The position numbers and the translations under genes are program-made. Positions 38,734-49,527 of a DNA stretch of 64,000 nt are shown here, piece after piece. The first letter of the stretch is position 1; every line of letters begins with the position of its first letter. The notes below the pieces were generated by a model. That model saw nothing but the letters and a program-made list of their open reading frames with translations, was not told the DNA's origin and did no database searches. Source of the stretch: Acidobacteriota bacterium (GTDB lineage: Bacteria > Acidobacteriota > UBA890 > WLXD01); the NCBI GenBank assembly GCA_029263335.1, contig JAJCXS010000113.1:17071-81070 (forward strand). Reading direction: 5' to 3'.

Positions 38734-39620
38734 CGATCCCGGTCGACGTTGTCATCGTGAGCTACAACCGGCAAGACCTGCTCGCCCACTGCCTTGCCAG
38801 CCTCGAACACTCCGAGCGCAGTACCCGTGTCTTCGTGGTTGAGAATGCCTCGACGGACGGCAGCGCGGCCCTCGTTCGCGAGCGCTACCCGCACGCGACG
38901 CTGCTGGCCAACGACACCAACGTCGGCTTTGCCACTGCCGTCAATCGGGGAGTCGGCGCCGGCAGCGCCCCGCTGGTGTTGCTGCTCAATAGCGACGCGA
39001 CAGTCGAGACCACAACCGTCGGCAAGCTCGAGCGTGCGCTCGACCAGGGCCAGCATGTTGCCGCGGTGGGCCCGCGGATCATCGGAGAGGATGGCGAACT
39101 GGAACTGTCGACCGGACGTACGATGTCGCTCTGGAACGAAGCGTGGTTCAAGTTTCTCGGAGGAACGGGTGGCGCGCAGGGCTGGCTGTTCGGGCGGCAC
39201 CTGCGGCGCCGCTACTCCATCGACAGGGAGACCGGTTCGCTCACGGCGGCATGTCTGCTCATGCGACGGGAAGCTTACGAGGCGGTAGCAGGCCTGGATG
39301 AACGTTTCTTTCTGTACGCCGAGGATGTCGACCTGTGCCGGCGTTGGCGCGGGCAAGGGTGGAGCATGAGATACGTGGCCGACGCGAAGATAACGCATCT
39401 GCGTGGTGGTTCGGGCGCCGTCGACCCGACACCGGCCGCACTCGCTTACCGCGCCAGTCAGGTCGCCTTCTATGAGAAACACCGGGGGCCACTGAGCCGC
39501 CTGTTTCTCCGCGCCTATCTGGAGGGCAAGTACGCGCTCGGGGCCTGGCGCGGCGGCGACACCGATCGGGCTGTGTGGAGATGGCTGCGACGCGGCATGC
39601 CGTCGCGAGCAGGCCGATGA
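38730..39620 (+). CDS. Glycosyltransferase family 2
   Basis: MTIPVDVVIVSYNRQDLLAHCL…VENASTDGS…DTNVGFA…YAEDVDLCRR, a GT-A DXD-type fold similar to rhamnosyl/galactosyltransferases. The start has an ATGA overlap with the upstream stop. Confidence 0.8.
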   Translation: MTIPVDVVIVSYNRQDLLAHCLASLEHSERSTRVFVVENASTDGSAALVRERYPHATLLANDTNVGFATAVNRGVGAGSAPLVLLLNSDATVETTTVGKLERALDQGQHVAAVGPRIIGEDGELELSTGRTMSLWNEAWFKFLGGTGGAQGWLFGRHLRRRYSIDRETGSLTAACLLMRREAYEAVAGLDERFFLYAEDVDLCRRWRGQGWSMRYVADAKITHLRGGSGAVDPTPAALAYRASQVAFYEKHRGPLSRLFLRAYLEGKYALGAWRGGDTDRAVWRWLRRGMPSRAGR

Positions 39621-40708
39621 GGATCGCGATCGATGCTCGCAAGATCGACGACTACGGCATCGGCACCTATATACGGGGTCTGATCGAGGCGGCGAGTCGG
39701 CAACTGCCCGACTGGCATTTCACACTCATCGGACCGTCATCGGCGGATGGGCTCGAGCGACGGACCAACGTGTCGTTGATCGCCTGTACCGGCCGTGGCT
39801 ACGGCCCCGCGGACATCGTCTCGTTGTCGGCCGCCGCACGGACCGCTGGCGCCGACGTCTTCCATTGTCCGCACTACGTCACTCCCATCGGCCTCGACAT
39901 TCCGCTGGTGGTCACCATCCACGACTGCATCCACCTGCGCTTTCCCGAGTACAACCCCAAGCCGCTGGCAGTCCTGCCCCGCGCGCTGAGCACTCGCTAC
40001 GCTCGTATGCTGCTGCGGCGTGTACCGCGCGTCGCAGAGCGAATCATCGCGGTTACCGAGACGACACGCGGCGATATCATCGACCTTCTGGCTGGCGGTG
40101 ATGTGCCCGTCGACGTAGTACACAACGGGGTGTCTCGGTTTTGGTCCCCGGCCAATACTGCCAAGTCCCCCGCGGAAGGTCAGCAGATACTCTGGGTCGG
40201 CAACCCGAAACCTCACAAGGGTCTGGACCTGCTGCTGGAGGCATTCGCCAGGCTCGCCGCCCGCGATGGGGCCCTCCGCCTGACCCTGGTAGGGTCCGAG
40301 ACCCTGGCACGACAGGCGATCGACCATCCCTATCACGAACGCATCGAGGTTCCCGGCCGGGTCACCGATGACCAACTGAGGGCCCTCTACCGGGCAACGG
40401 ACGTGTTCTGTATGCCGTCTCGATACGAGGGCTTCGGCCTGCCGGCGCTCGAGGCCATGGCGACCGGCGTGCCGGTGGTGGCGGCAGCGGCAGGGGCCAT
40501 CCCGGAGGTGGTCGGAGATGCCGCGATGCTGGTGCAGTCGGACGACGCAGAGGCGCTGGAGAGAGGGCTCGACCGTGTTCTTAGGAGCGCGTCGATCATG
40601 GCTGACCTGTCCGCCGCGGGACGAAACCGTGCATCACGCTTCACCTGGGAACGATGCGCGAAGAGAACCTGCGCGAGCTATCTCGCCGCCGCCGGGCGGT
40701 CGCTATGA
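39617..40708 (+). CDS. Glycosyltransferase family 4
   Basis: MRIAIDARKIDDYGIGTYIRGL… then EGFGLPALEAMATGVPVV. ATGA overlap with the upstream stop. Confidence 0.8.
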   Translation: MRIAIDARKIDDYGIGTYIRGLIEAASRQLPDWHFTLIGPSSADGLERRTNVSLIACTGRGYGPADIVSLSAAARTAGADVFHCPHYVTPIGLDIPLVVTIHDCIHLRFPEYNPKPLAVLPRALSTRYARMLLRRVPRVAERIIAVTETTRGDIIDLLAGGDVPVDVVHNGVSRFWSPANTAKSPAEGQQILWVGNPKPHKGLDLLLEAFARLAARDGALRLTLVGSETLARQAIDHPYHERIEVPGRVTDDQLRALYRATDVFCMPSRYEGFGLPALEAMATGVPVVAAAAGAIPEVVGDAAMLVQSDDAEALERGLDRVLRSASIMADLSAAGRNRASRFTWERCAKRTCASYLAAAGRSL

Positions 40709-41841
40709 AGATCGCACTGGTCCACGACTGGCTAACGGGCATGCGCGGTGGTGAGAAGGTGCTGGAACGGTTCGCCGCGCTGTTCCCTGATGCGCCGATC
40801 TACACCCTCGTGCACGAGGCGGGCTCGGTCAGCGCGTCGCTCGAAGCCCACGAGATCCGCACCTCTTTCCTTCAACGACTCCCCGCTCGCCACGCCTACC
40901 GCTGGTACCTGCCGCTATTCCCGCTGGCGGTGCGAAGTCTCGATCTGAGTGAATACGATGTCGTGCTCTCGAGCAGTCACTGCGCTGTCAAGGCGGTCCG
41001 CACTCGCTCCGACGCGATCCACCTGTGCTACTGCCACACTCCCATGCGCTACGCATGGGATCGATTCGACGAGTACTTCGCGCCGCAGCGAGTGGGCTGG
41101 ATCAAGCACCTGCTCATTCGCCCGACGATGGCAGCCCTGCGGCGGTGGGACCGGCGCACAGCGCCCCGCGTCGATACCTTCATCGCCAACTCGGGGTATG
41201 TGGCCGGCCGCATCGATCGCTACTACGGACGAACCTCCGCCGTCGTTTCGCCACCAGTGGACACCGAACGATTCGTTCCCGGCAACGGCCCCACAGGCGA
41301 CTACTACCTGATGGTGAGCGCGCTGAGTCCGTACAAGCGCGTCGAAGTTGCGATTGAGGCTTTCAATCGAATGAAGCGCCCTCTGAAAATCGCGGGTTGG
41401 GGACCCGAGAGGCGGCGCCTGGAGAAGATCGCTGGGCCTACGGTGCAGCTACTGGGCCGCGTCGAGGACAACGAACTACTCCGCCTTTACCAGAGCTGTC
41501 GCGGATTCCTGTTGCCGGGCGTGGAGGACGCCGGCATTGCCCCGGTGGAGGCCATGGCCTGCGGCCGGCCGGCGCTCGTTCTCGCCGCCGGCGGCGCGCC
41601 CGAAGCGGTGATCGAGGGACAAACGGGCGTCTACGTTGCCGATACGGGCGCTGCCGGCATTGTCGAGGCTGTTGACACTGCGGAGAAGCTAACTTTCAAT
41701 AAAGACACCATCCGTGCGCACTCGGAGCGCTATTCAGTGGCCGCATTCGACCGACAAATCGCGGATCTGGTCGAGCGGCACACCTCGGGTGCGGCTACGC
41801 AGACCGGCCGGACAGCCACCACACGAGGCGATCTTGATTAG
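40705..41841 (+). CDS. Glycosyltransferase family 4
   Basis: The N-terminus MKIALVHDWLTGMRGGEKVLE is typical of GT4, followed by EDAGIAPVEAMACGRPALV. ATGA overlap with the upstream stop. Confidence 0.8.
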   Translation: MKIALVHDWLTGMRGGEKVLERFAALFPDAPIYTLVHEAGSVSASLEAHEIRTSFLQRLPARHAYRWYLPLFPLAVRSLDLSEYDVVLSSSHCAVKAVRTRSDAIHLCYCHTPMRYAWDRFDEYFAPQRVGWIKHLLIRPTMAALRRWDRRTAPRVDTFIANSGYVAGRIDRYYGRTSAVVSPPVDTERFVPGNGPTGDYYLMVSALSPYKRVEVAIEAFNRMKRPLKIAGWGPERRRLEKIAGPTVQLLGRVEDNELLRLYQSCRGFLLPGVEDAGIAPVEAMACGRPALVLAAGGAPEAVIEGQTGVYVADTGAAGIVEAVDTAEKLTFNKDTIRAHSERYSVAAFDRQIADLVERHTSGAATQTGRTATTRGDLD

Positions 41842-43324
41842 CCAACACCGCACGCAGCAAACCGTCGCGCTGTTCGTCTCGGACATCGTGGCGATCACCC
41901 TGGCTTTTCTGCTGGCCTACTGGCTGCGCTTTACCGCCCAGGTCCCGGTGCCAACCGTGGAGCCGCGTCCGGAAGATATTCCAACGCTGGCCACGTACGC
42001 GATCAACGTCCTCTTACCGGCCTTGTTCGTGCTCCCCATAGCGCTCGCCTCGGCTGGTCTGTACCGCGTGCGACGGACCTACGCCCGCATCGACACCTGT
42101 ATTCACGTGGGCACGGCGCTGTCCTTTGGTGTCATTGTCACAGCCGCCTTCGTGTCGCTGTTGTTCAGGCCCGAGCAGTTGATTCAGATTCCGGTCGCCA
42201 CCGGTAGTGACGCCACCAACGTAGAGGTCGTTCGAGTAATCCGTTGGAGCATCTCGCGGTGGTTTCTTCTGTTCTTCTACATCGGCACCACTCTGCTGAC
42301 GGTCACCGGCCGCGTGACCATCCAGAAGATCCTCGACCGTCTCCGCAGGTCCGGGCGTAACCTGCGCAAGATCCTCATTGCTGGAGACGGGCCGCTGGCA
42401 CAACTCGTGATCGACAAGATCCGCCTGCACGAGGAGTTCGGCTTCCGACTCGCAGGCATGATCACCGAGGGCGGCACCGGCGAATCGTATCGCGACGTGC
42501 CGATCGTCGGGGACCTGGCCAACGCTCGCGCGATGGTCCGCAACGAAGAGATCGACCAGATCTATATCGCCCTACCTCTCAGCGCGCACGAGCAGATCCT
42601 GCAATTGCTGCGTGACGTGTCGCACGAGGTCGTCGACATCAAGGTCGTGCCCGACCTGCTGCAGTACATCACCTTGGGCGCCGGCATGGAGGATCTCGAC
42701 GGCGTGCCCATCGTTAACCTCTCGCGCATCCCCATGGAAGGGTTCCCCGCGGTTCTCAAGCGCGGCTTCGATATCCTCGCCGCGGGCGGAGCGTTGCTGC
42801 TCTTCGCTCCCGTCTTTCCCGTCATCGCGCTAGCGGTAAAACTCAGCTCGGCGGGACCGATCTTCTATCGCCAACAGCGGATGGGCCTGGACGGGCGCAG
42901 TTTCGAGCTGCTGAAATTCCGTTCGATGGTGTCGAACGCGGAGCAGACGACTGGCCCGGTGTGGGCAAGCGACGACGACTCCCGTTGCACCCCAATCGGA
43001 GCCGTCCTGCGCAAGCTCAGCCTCGATGAACTGCCACAGTTCTGGAACATCATCCGCGGCGACATGAGCTTGGTGGGCCCGCGGCCCGAGCGCCCGTATT
43101 TTGTCGATGAATTTCGCGAGCAGATCCCCCATTACATGCACCGACACCGCATGCGTGCGGGCCTGACCGGCTGGGCTCAAGTTCATGGTTGGCGCGGCAA
43201 TACATCGCTCGACAAGCGCATAGAATACGACCTCTATTACATCGAGAATTGGTCGTTGGCGCTCGACCTGAGGATCTTGTGGATGACCGTGACGAACGGC
43301 ATGGTTCACGAGCACGCGTACTAG
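41834..43324 (+). CDS. Polyprenyl-phosphate hexose-1-phosphate transferase (WbaP/WcaJ-type initiating 'bacterial sugar transferase')
   Basis: N-terminal transmembrane helices and a CoA-binding-like region, then a C-terminal PF02397-type domain (FKFRSM…LDELPQFWNIIRGDMSLVGPRPERP). The start is probably the TTG at 41834, overlapping the previous stop. The listed ORF start at 41714 lies inside the previous gene. Confidence 0.8.
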   Translation: MISQHRTQQTVALFVSDIVAITLAFLLAYWLRFTAQVPVPTVEPRPEDIPTLATYAINVLLPALFVLPIALASAGLYRVRRTYARIDTCIHVGTALSFGVIVTAAFVSLLFRPEQLIQIPVATGSDATNVEVVRVIRWSISRWFLLFFYIGTTLLTVTGRVTIQKILDRLRRSGRNLRKILIAGDGPLAQLVIDKIRLHEEFGFRLAGMITEGGTGESYRDVPIVGDLANARAMVRNEEIDQIYIALPLSAHEQILQLLRDVSHEVVDIKVVPDLLQYITLGAGMEDLDGVPIVNLSRIPMEGFPAVLKRGFDILAAGGALLLFAPVFPVIALAVKLSSAGPIFYRQQRMGLDGRSFELLKFRSMVSNAEQTTGPVWASDDDSRCTPIGAVLRKLSLDELPQFWNIIRGDMSLVGPRPERPYFVDEFREQIPHYMHRHRMRAGLTGWAQVHGWRGNTSLDKRIEYDLYYIENWSLALDLRILWMTVTNGMVHEHAY

Positions 43325-43403
43325 AAGATACTGCGAGTAGCCAGACAAAGTCCCGGAGGCAGTCCGGGGTTTCATCACACCTCGCCGACACCGGGCAACG
43401 CGC

Positions 43404-44366
43404 ATGAACGACTCCAAGCAGACGATTCTAATCACCGGCGGCGCCGGCTTCATCGGCTCGCACCTGGCGGAGTTCTTCCTCGACGAGGGGCACCGGGTTG
43501 TCGTGCTCGACAATCTGCTCACGGGCTCGGCCTCCAACATCGCCCGCTTCGCCAACCGCGACTACCTCTTCATCGAACACGACGTCACCAACTACATCGT
43601 CATCGATGAACCCGTTGACCACGTCCTGCACTTTGCCTCGCCGGCCTCGCCGCTCGACTACCTCAAGTACCCAATTCAGACCCTCAAAGTCGGAGCCTTG
43701 GGTACGCACAAGGCACTCGGACTGGCCCACGCCAAGGGCGCGCGGCTCATTCTGGCGTCGACCTCCGAAGTCTACGGCGACCCCCAGGTGAACCCGCAGC
43801 CGGAAACCTACTGGGGGCACGTCAACCCCATCGGACCGCGTGGCGTCTATGACGAGGCCAAACGCTTCGCCGAGGCCATGACCATGGCCTACCATCGAAC
43901 GCACGGTCTGGACACGCGCATCGCCCGCATCTTCAACACCTACGGGCCACGAATGCGCATTGACGATGGTCGCGCGGTGCCCAATTTCATGCTCCAGGCA
44001 CTGACCGGCGAGCCGCTCACGATCTACGGTGATGGCCAGCAGACGCGCTCTTTCTGCTACGTCGACGACACCGTGCGAGGGCTGGTGGGACTGCTGCGTT
44101 CCGACGAACACCTGCCAGTCAATGTCGGAAACCCCAGCGAGATCACCATCCGCAAAATCGCCGAACGGGTCATCGAGGTCACCGGCAGCAACAGTGATCT
44201 CGTGTTCGAGGATCTGCCGGTCGACGATCCCAAGGTCAGGCGACCGGATACACGGCGGGCGCAAGCGACCTTCGACTGGGCACCGCAGGTCGAGCTGGCC
44301 GAGGGTCTGGAACGCACCCTGCCGTGGTTCCAGTCGCAGGTCGCAGAGCTACAGGCGCAGAGCTAG
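43404..44366 (+). CDS. UDP-glucuronate decarboxylase (UDP-xylose synthase, SDR family)
   Basis: 320 aa with [11 protein letters not shown] Rossmann and YDEAKR catalytic motifs. [30 protein letters not shown] is near-identical to the UXS-family signature. Confidence 0.85.
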   Translation: MNDSKQTILITGGAGFIGSHLAEFFLDEGHRVVVLDNLLTGSASNIARFANRDYLFIEHDVTNYIVIDEPVDHVLHFASPASPLDYLKYPIQTLKVGALGTHKALGLAHAKGARLILASTSEVYGDPQVNPQPETYWGHVNPIGPRGVYDEAKRFAEAMTMAYHRTHGLDTRIARIFNTYGPRMRIDDGRAVPNFMLQALTGEPLTIYGDGQQTRSFCYVDDTVRGLVGLLRSDEHLPVNVGNPSEITIRKIAERVIEVTGSNSDLVFEDLPVDDPKVRRPDTRRAQATFDWAPQVELAEGLERTLPWFQSQVAELQAQS

Positions 44367-44370
44367 CGGC

Positions 44371-45486
44371 TCACTCGCCGAGGACGCGCTGCAGTTCTTC
44401 CACCGTCACCGGGTGCGACCAGTTGCCTTCGTGAGGCACCACACAGCCGAACTCTTGCACCAGCACGCAGCGCGGCTGGCCGGCCTGATTCTTCTTATCG
44501 TGGCGTGCCCCCTCGACCACCGCATCAACGCCAACGCCGTCCGGTAACGCCACCGGCAAGTCGGCGCGCGCACATAGCGCCGTAATCCGCTCGGCCAGAT
44601 CGGCCGCACCGCCAAGACGCTGCTCCGACAGCCGGGCCTCCATCACCATCCCGATGGCAACGGCTTCGCCGTGTCGCAGCGTGTAGTTCATGGCCACCTC
44701 GATGCCGTGACCCACCGTATGGCCGAAGTTCAGCACCTGGCGACGGTTCGCTTCGCGCGCGTCCTCGGCCACAACCGCGGCTTTGATCGCCACGCAGCGC
44801 TCCACCACCAACGCCACCGCCTCGGGGACGCGTGCCATGACCGACTCGAGCAGACCGTCCTCCAGATCCGCGAAGAGCTGCCCTTCAAGCGTCACGCCAT
44901 ACTTGATCACCTCGGCCAAACCGGACGCGAGCTCCGCGTCAGCGAGCGTGCCCAGCGCTTCCACATCGGCCAGAACAACCTGCGGGTGCCAAAAAGCGCC
45001 GACGAGATTCTTGCCGGCTGCCGTATCAACACCGGTCTTCCCACCGACCGAGCTATCAACCATCGCCAGCAGACTCGTTGGCACCTGTATCCACGGGAGA
45101 CCACGCAACAGCGTCGCCGCCAGATACCCGCCAAGGTCACCCGGCACGCCTCCGCCGAGTGCTATTACCCGGCTGTCGCGGTCCGCCCCCGCCGCGATCG
45201 CCTGGTCTTGCAGACTGGCAGCCACCGAACGTCGCTTCGACGCCTCGCCGGGCTCGATCACCAACTCCACGCAGTGGTGGCCAGCCGTCGTCAGCGCGTT
45301 GGCCATGGCCTTGCCGTACAGCTCGTGCACAGTTGTGTCGGCGACCATCAGTATCGGTCCCGACCCCAAGTGGGGCTGCAACCGTTGCGAGACATCCGCG
45401 AGCAGACCCGATCCGACGACGACCTCGTACTCGCTACCAGCATCCGCCGGCACGCTCACGGGAACTCTCCGCGTGCTGGCCATCAT
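44371..45486 (-). CDS. aroB: 3-dehydroquinate synthase
   Basis: About 371 aa with the metal/NAD motifs of DHQS (GGGVPGDLGGY, NFGHTVGH). The start ATG overlaps the racemase stop (ATGA). Its end is convergent with UDP-xylose synthase, only 4 nt away. Confidence 0.9.
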   Translation of the reverse strand: MMASTRRVPVSVPADAGSEYEVVVGSGLLADVSQRLQPHLGSGPILMVADTTVHELYGKAMANALTTAGHHCVELVIEPGEASKRRSVAASLQDQAIAAGADRDSRVIALGGGVPGDLGGYLAATLLRGLPWIQVPTSLLAMVDSSVGGKTGVDTAAGKNLVGAFWHPQVVLADVEALGTLADAELASGLAEVIKYGVTLEGQLFADLEDGLLESVMARVPEAVALVVERCVAIKAAVVAEDAREANRRQVLNFGHTVGHGIEVAMNYTLRHGEAVAIGMVMEARLSEQRLGGAADLAERITALCARADLPVALPDGVGVDAVVEGARHDKKNQAGQPRCVLVQEFGCVVPHEGNWSHPVTVEELQRVLGE

Positions 45487-46175
45487 GGCCGCACCGCACC
45501 GCCAGCCCACTCGAGACAGGATCTCGCCAACACTTCGGTGGCATCGATCACGGGAATCCCCGTGCTTGCTGAATCGACCGCCAGCGGCAATTCGGTGCAG
45601 CCCAGCACCAGCACCTGCGCGCCGCGCTTGCGCAAGACCTCGATGGCGTGGTCGAGGCGGAGGTCACGTCCGCTGCCGCCTCCCTTGATCTCACGTATGG
45701 CGGCCATTACCTGTGCCTGTAACTCGTCATCAGGCTGCTCGACGGCGAGTCCGTTGGCCGCCAGTGCCGCCTGATACAAGCCCAGACGTACCGTCCCCGT
45801 CGCAGCCAGCACCCCGACGCTGGATCCCGGGTAGGCGGTGGCGACCGCCACGGCCGCAAGTTCGACCATGTCAAAGACCGGCACCTCGACGACGGCGCGA
45901 ATCGCCTCCAGATAGGCGTGCGCGGTGTTGCACGGAATCGCGATCGCCCCCACGCCACCGGCCTCCAGGACGCGCGCACCGGCTTGCAGGTCGGCCGTCG
46001 GGTCGGGCCCGCCATCCACCAGGTGTGTTGTGCGATCCGGGATCTGCGAAGCGCTGTATGCCAGACACGGCGGATAGTCCTGGTCACGCTCCGCGGCGCA
46101 CAACACCACCAGTCGTTCCATGAAATGGGCCGTCGCCGCCGGGCCCATGCCGCCCAATACGCCGATTGTCCGCAT
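45483..46175 (-). CDS. Aspartate/glutamate racemase family protein
   Basis: 230 aa with both catalytic Cys regions (…PCNTAHA… and …LGCTELP…) typical of Asp/Glu/hydantoin racemases. Confidence 0.8.
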   Translation of the reverse strand: MRTIGVLGGMGPAATAHFMERLVVLCAAERDQDYPPCLAYSASQIPDRTTHLVDGGPDPTADLQAGARVLEAGGVGAIAIPCNTAHAYLEAIRAVVEVPVFDMVELAAVAVATAYPGSSVGVLAATGTVRLGLYQAALAANGLAVEQPDDELQAQVMAAIREIKGGGSGRDLRLDHAIEVLRKRGAQVLVLGCTELPLAVDSASTGIPVIDATEVLARSCLEWAGGAVRP

Positions 46176-46189
46176 GGCGTCCGCTGACC

Positions 46190-47695
46190 TCAGTCCGCGG
46201 ATGGGGGCACCCAGCGCAAAACTGGACTACGCGCCGCCCGGGTCTCGTCGAGGCGGCGATGGTATGTCGTGTGAGGCGCCGAGGTAACGACCTCCGGGTC
46301 TTGCTCACACTCACGAGCGATGGCGAGCAGTGCATCGGCGAACTCGTCGAGTTCCTGACGCGACACCGTCTCTGTTGGCTCGATCATCAACGCGCCCGGC
46401 ACCACGAGCGGGAAATAGACCGTCGGTGGGTGAAATCCGAAGTCCATCAGGCGCTTGCAGATATCCATGGCGGTGACCCCGTGCGCTTTCTGCTTCTTGT
46501 CGGAGAACACCACCTCATGCATGCACGTCCGATCCTGCGGCAACTCGTAGTCGTTCTTCAGGCGCTCCTTGAGATAGTTGGCTGCCAACACTGCGTCCTC
46601 GGCAATCTGACGCAGGCCGAGGGCGCCATGGGCGCGAATGTAGGCGTAGCCGCGCACCATCATCGCGAAGTTGCCGTAGAAGCCGTGTACCTTGCCGATG
46701 CTCTGCGGGCGGTCGTGATCCAAGCGGAAGGTGCCATCCGCGTCGCGCACGACGACGGGCCTCGGCCTGAACGGTTCGAGATGCTCGGCCAGCGCCACCG
46801 GGCCGCATCCCGGGCCTCCGCCGCCATGCGGAGTGGTGAAAGTCTTGTGCATGTTGATGTGAAAGACATCGGCCCCGAAGTCGCCCGGTCTCGCCTTGCC
46901 CAGAATCGCGTTCAGGTTGGCCCCATCGCAATAGATGAGCCCGCCCGCGTCGTGAATGATCGACGCGATTTCGTCGATGCGTTCCTCGAACAGGCCCAAC
47001 GTGTTGGGGTTGGTCAGCATCAATGCGGCGGTATCCGGACCGGCCGCGGCGCGCAGTGCCTCGATGTCGATCGTGCCCTGCTCGTTGCTCGGAACCTCGA
47101 CCGGCTCGAGGCCACAAAACGCTGCCGTCGCCGGGTTCGTGCCGTGTGCCGAGTCGGGTATCAGGACCTTTGTGCGGTTGTCCCCACGCGACCGATGGTA
47201 CGCCGCGATCATCATGATGCCGGTCAGCTCGCCCTGAGCGCCCGCCGCCGGCTGCAAGGAAACGTGCGGCATCCCGGTGATCTCAACCAACTCCCGCTCG
47301 AGGTTCCACATGAGTTCCAGCGCGCCCTGGCTCTGCTCGTCGGGCAGAAACGGATGCGCTCCGGCGAAGCCTCGCAGCCTCGCGACGACCTCGTGCAGCT
47401 TCGGGTTGTACTTCATCGTGCAGGAACCGAGCGGATGCAGGCCCAGGTCAATGCCGTAGTTGTGTTGCGAGATGCGAGTGAAGTGCCGCACCACGTCGAC
47501 CTCGGAGACTTCGGGAAACCCGGCTATATCTCCGCGCACCGCATCCGCGCCCCAAGCCGAGACCGGATCGACCTCGGGCACGTCCAACACGGGCAACGAG
47601 TACCCCACCCTACCGTCGCTGCTGCGCTCGAAGATCAGCCCTTCGTCCTTGAGCTGCCCCTGTCGGGCCATCGGATTCGTCTTGGTCTCGGTCAC
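46190..47695 (-). CDS. gcvPB: Glycine dehydrogenase (decarboxylating) subunit 2
   Basis: 501 aa carrying the PLP-lysine region of the split P-protein (…[15 protein letters not shown]…). Confidence 0.93.
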   Translation of the reverse strand: MTETKTNPMARQGQLKDEGLIFERSSDGRVGYSLPVLDVPEVDPVSAWGADAVRGDIAGFPEVSEVDVVRHFTRISQHNYGIDLGLHPLGSCTMKYNPKLHEVVARLRGFAGAHPFLPDEQSQGALELMWNLERELVEITGMPHVSLQPAAGAQGELTGIMMIAAYHRSRGDNRTKVLIPDSAHGTNPATAAFCGLEPVEVPSNEQGTIDIEALRAAAGPDTAALMLTNPNTLGLFEERIDEIASIIHDAGGLIYCDGANLNAILGKARPGDFGADVFHINMHKTFTTPHGGGGPGCGPVALAEHLEPFRPRPVVVRDADGTFRLDHDRPQSIGKVHGFYGNFAMMVRGYAYIRAHGALGLRQIAEDAVLAANYLKERLKNDYELPQDRTCMHEVVFSDKKQKAHGVTAMDICKRLMDFGFHPPTVYFPLVVPGALMIEPTETVSRQELDEFADALLAIARECEQDPEVVTSAPHTTYHRRLDETRAARSPVLRWVPPSAD

Positions 47696-49077
47696 GTCGT
47701 CACCTCACGCACCGCGGCTGCGAGTTCATCGATCTGGGCTCGCGAGTGCACCTCGGTTGCGCATACCAGCAACTGCGTAGCCCGCTTCGGGTCGAAACGA
47801 CCCAGCGCTACGCCAGGAACGAGGCCTCGCTCGGCACAGGCGGCGACCACCAAGGCCGCGTCGGTGCCCACGTCAACGACGAACTCGTTGAACATCGGCG
47901 CCGTGTACGTCAACGTGGCCCCTGCCGCAACCAGCGCATCGCGCGCGTAGCTCGCCTTGGCCAGGTTATGGCGGGCCAGATCGGCAAGCCCGTGGCGGCC
48001 CAGGCTGCACATGTGGATGCACGCAGCGAGTGCACACAACGCTTCGTTCGTGCAGATGTTCGAGGTCGCCTTGGCACGTCGGATATGTTGCTCTCGGGTG
48101 GAGAGAGTAAGCACGAAGCCGCGCTTGCCGTCGGCATCGACGGTCTCGCCCGCCAGGCGGCCCGGCAGATTGCGTTTGTCGCGATCACGGCAGGCCATGA
48201 AACCAACGAGTGGTCCACCGTAGTTCATGCCGTTGCCGAAGGACTGCAGCTCCCCGACAACGATGTCGGCGCCGGATTCACCGGGCGTCGTCGTCAGCGC
48301 CAGCGCCAGCGGTTCCGCCGTGGCAACAATGAACTTGGCGCGGCTTTCGCCGATACGCGCTCCGGCCGCTCGCAGATCCTCCACCACGCCAAAGAAGCTA
48401 GGTTGCTGCAGCACCACCGCGATAACGTCGTCGCCAATGTCAGGAATCACGGTGCGCCCATCCTCTCCGACAGGCATCTCCTCGAACTCGATGTCGAGGT
48501 AGGTGGCGTAGGTCCTCGTCACCTCGAGGTAGTTGGGATGCAGCCCGCCCGAGTAGAGCACCTTGCCCGCGCGGCGCGCGAGGCGACGCGCCATCAGAAC
48601 TGCCTCTGCTACCGAGCTCGCACCGTCGTAGACGGAAGCGTTGCAGACGTCCATTCCGGTCAGCATGCACACCAGGCTCTGGAACTCGAAGATGGCCTGC
48701 AGCGTGCCCTGTCCGACTTCCGCCTGATACGGGGTGTAGGCGGTGAGGAACTCCTGCCGCTGGATCAGGGCGTCGACGTGTGCCGGAACATAATGGGGGT
48801 TACAACCCGCACCCAGAAACGCCAGCGTGCGCTGTTCTGGCGCGTTACGCGCCGACAATTCCTGTAGGTGGGCAAGCAACTCCTGCTCCGCCATCTGTGG
48901 CTGCAGCTCCAGGTCGCCCGAAAAACGCGCCGCCTGTGGAATCGGATCGAACAGCTCGTCGATCGACTCCGCCTTCACCGCAGCCAGCATTTCTGCCCGC
49001 TCGGCCTGCCCCAAAGACAAGTATCGGCCGCCGCCGCGCACGTCGTTGCGCGCGCCAGCACCGGGTTTGGATGCCAC
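47692..49077 (-). CDS. gcvPA: Glycine dehydrogenase (decarboxylating) subunit 1
   Basis: 461 aa with the N-terminal half of the P-protein (…[16 protein letters not shown]…). It overlaps the gcvPB start by 4 nt. Confidence 0.93.
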   Translation of the reverse strand: MASKPGAGARNDVRGGGRYLSLGQAERAEMLAAVKAESIDELFDPIPQAARFSGDLELQPQMAEQELLAHLQELSARNAPEQRTLAFLGAGCNPHYVPAHVDALIQRQEFLTAYTPYQAEVGQGTLQAIFEFQSLVCMLTGMDVCNASVYDGASSVAEAVLMARRLARRAGKVLYSGGLHPNYLEVTRTYATYLDIEFEEMPVGEDGRTVIPDIGDDVIAVVLQQPSFFGVVEDLRAAGARIGESRAKFIVATAEPLALALTTTPGESGADIVVGELQSFGNGMNYGGPLVGFMACRDRDKRNLPGRLAGETVDADGKRGFVLTLSTREQHIRRAKATSNICTNEALCALAACIHMCSLGRHGLADLARHNLAKASYARDALVAAGATLTYTAPMFNEFVVDVGTDAALVVAACAERGLVPGVALGRFDPKRATQLLVCATEVHSRAQIDELAAAVREVTT

Positions 49078-49083
49078 GGTGGA

Positions 49084-49467
49084 CTACTCCTGCGTCAGGG
49101 CCTGGTAGTCCGACGCGGTCAACAACGCATCGATCTGCCCAGGATCCGAGAACTTGATCCGGACCATCCAGGCGCTGCCATGCGGGTCCTCGTTGACGAT
49201 TTCCGGGCGATCAACCAACTCTTCGTTGATCTCCACGACCTCCCCGCTGACCGGCGCGTACAGGTCCGACACCGCCTTCACCGACTCGATCGTACCGAAG
49301 GGCGCGTTCTGCTCGAAGCTCGCACCCACCTCGGGAAGTTCCACGAACACCACGTCGCCCAGCTCGTCCTGAGCGTGATGGGTGATACCGATCGTACCCA
49401 CGTCGCCATCGACGGAGACCCATTCGTGTTCGGCGGTGTACTGGTAGTTGTCTGGGTAATCAGCCAT
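49084..49467 (-). CDS. gcvH: Glycine cleavage system H protein
   Basis: An internal Met was chosen, giving 127 aa with the lipoyl-lysine motif ESVKAVSDLYAPVSGEV. Confidence 0.93.
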   Translation of the reverse strand: MADYPDNYQYTAEHEWVSVDGDVGTIGITHHAQDELGDVVFVELPEVGASFEQNAPFGTIESVKAVSDLYAPVSGEVVEINEELVDRPEIVNEDPHGSAWMVRIKFSDPGQIDALLTASDYQALTQE

Positions 49468-49527
49468 GGCGAATTCCTCTGTCCGGCAGCGCCACGCCGG
49501 GCTCATGACGGCCTCAGGCCGCCGGGA

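Noticed and set aside
41714-41833. Listed start of the 536-aa sugar transferase ORF inside the preceding GT4 gene.
   Set aside because: This would make a 128-nt overlap. The pattern of 4-nt ATGA overlaps along the cluster and a TTG at 41834 that overlaps the upstream TAG make the shorter form more plausible. The N-terminal 40 residues of the long form are Arg/Pro-rich and not protein-like.
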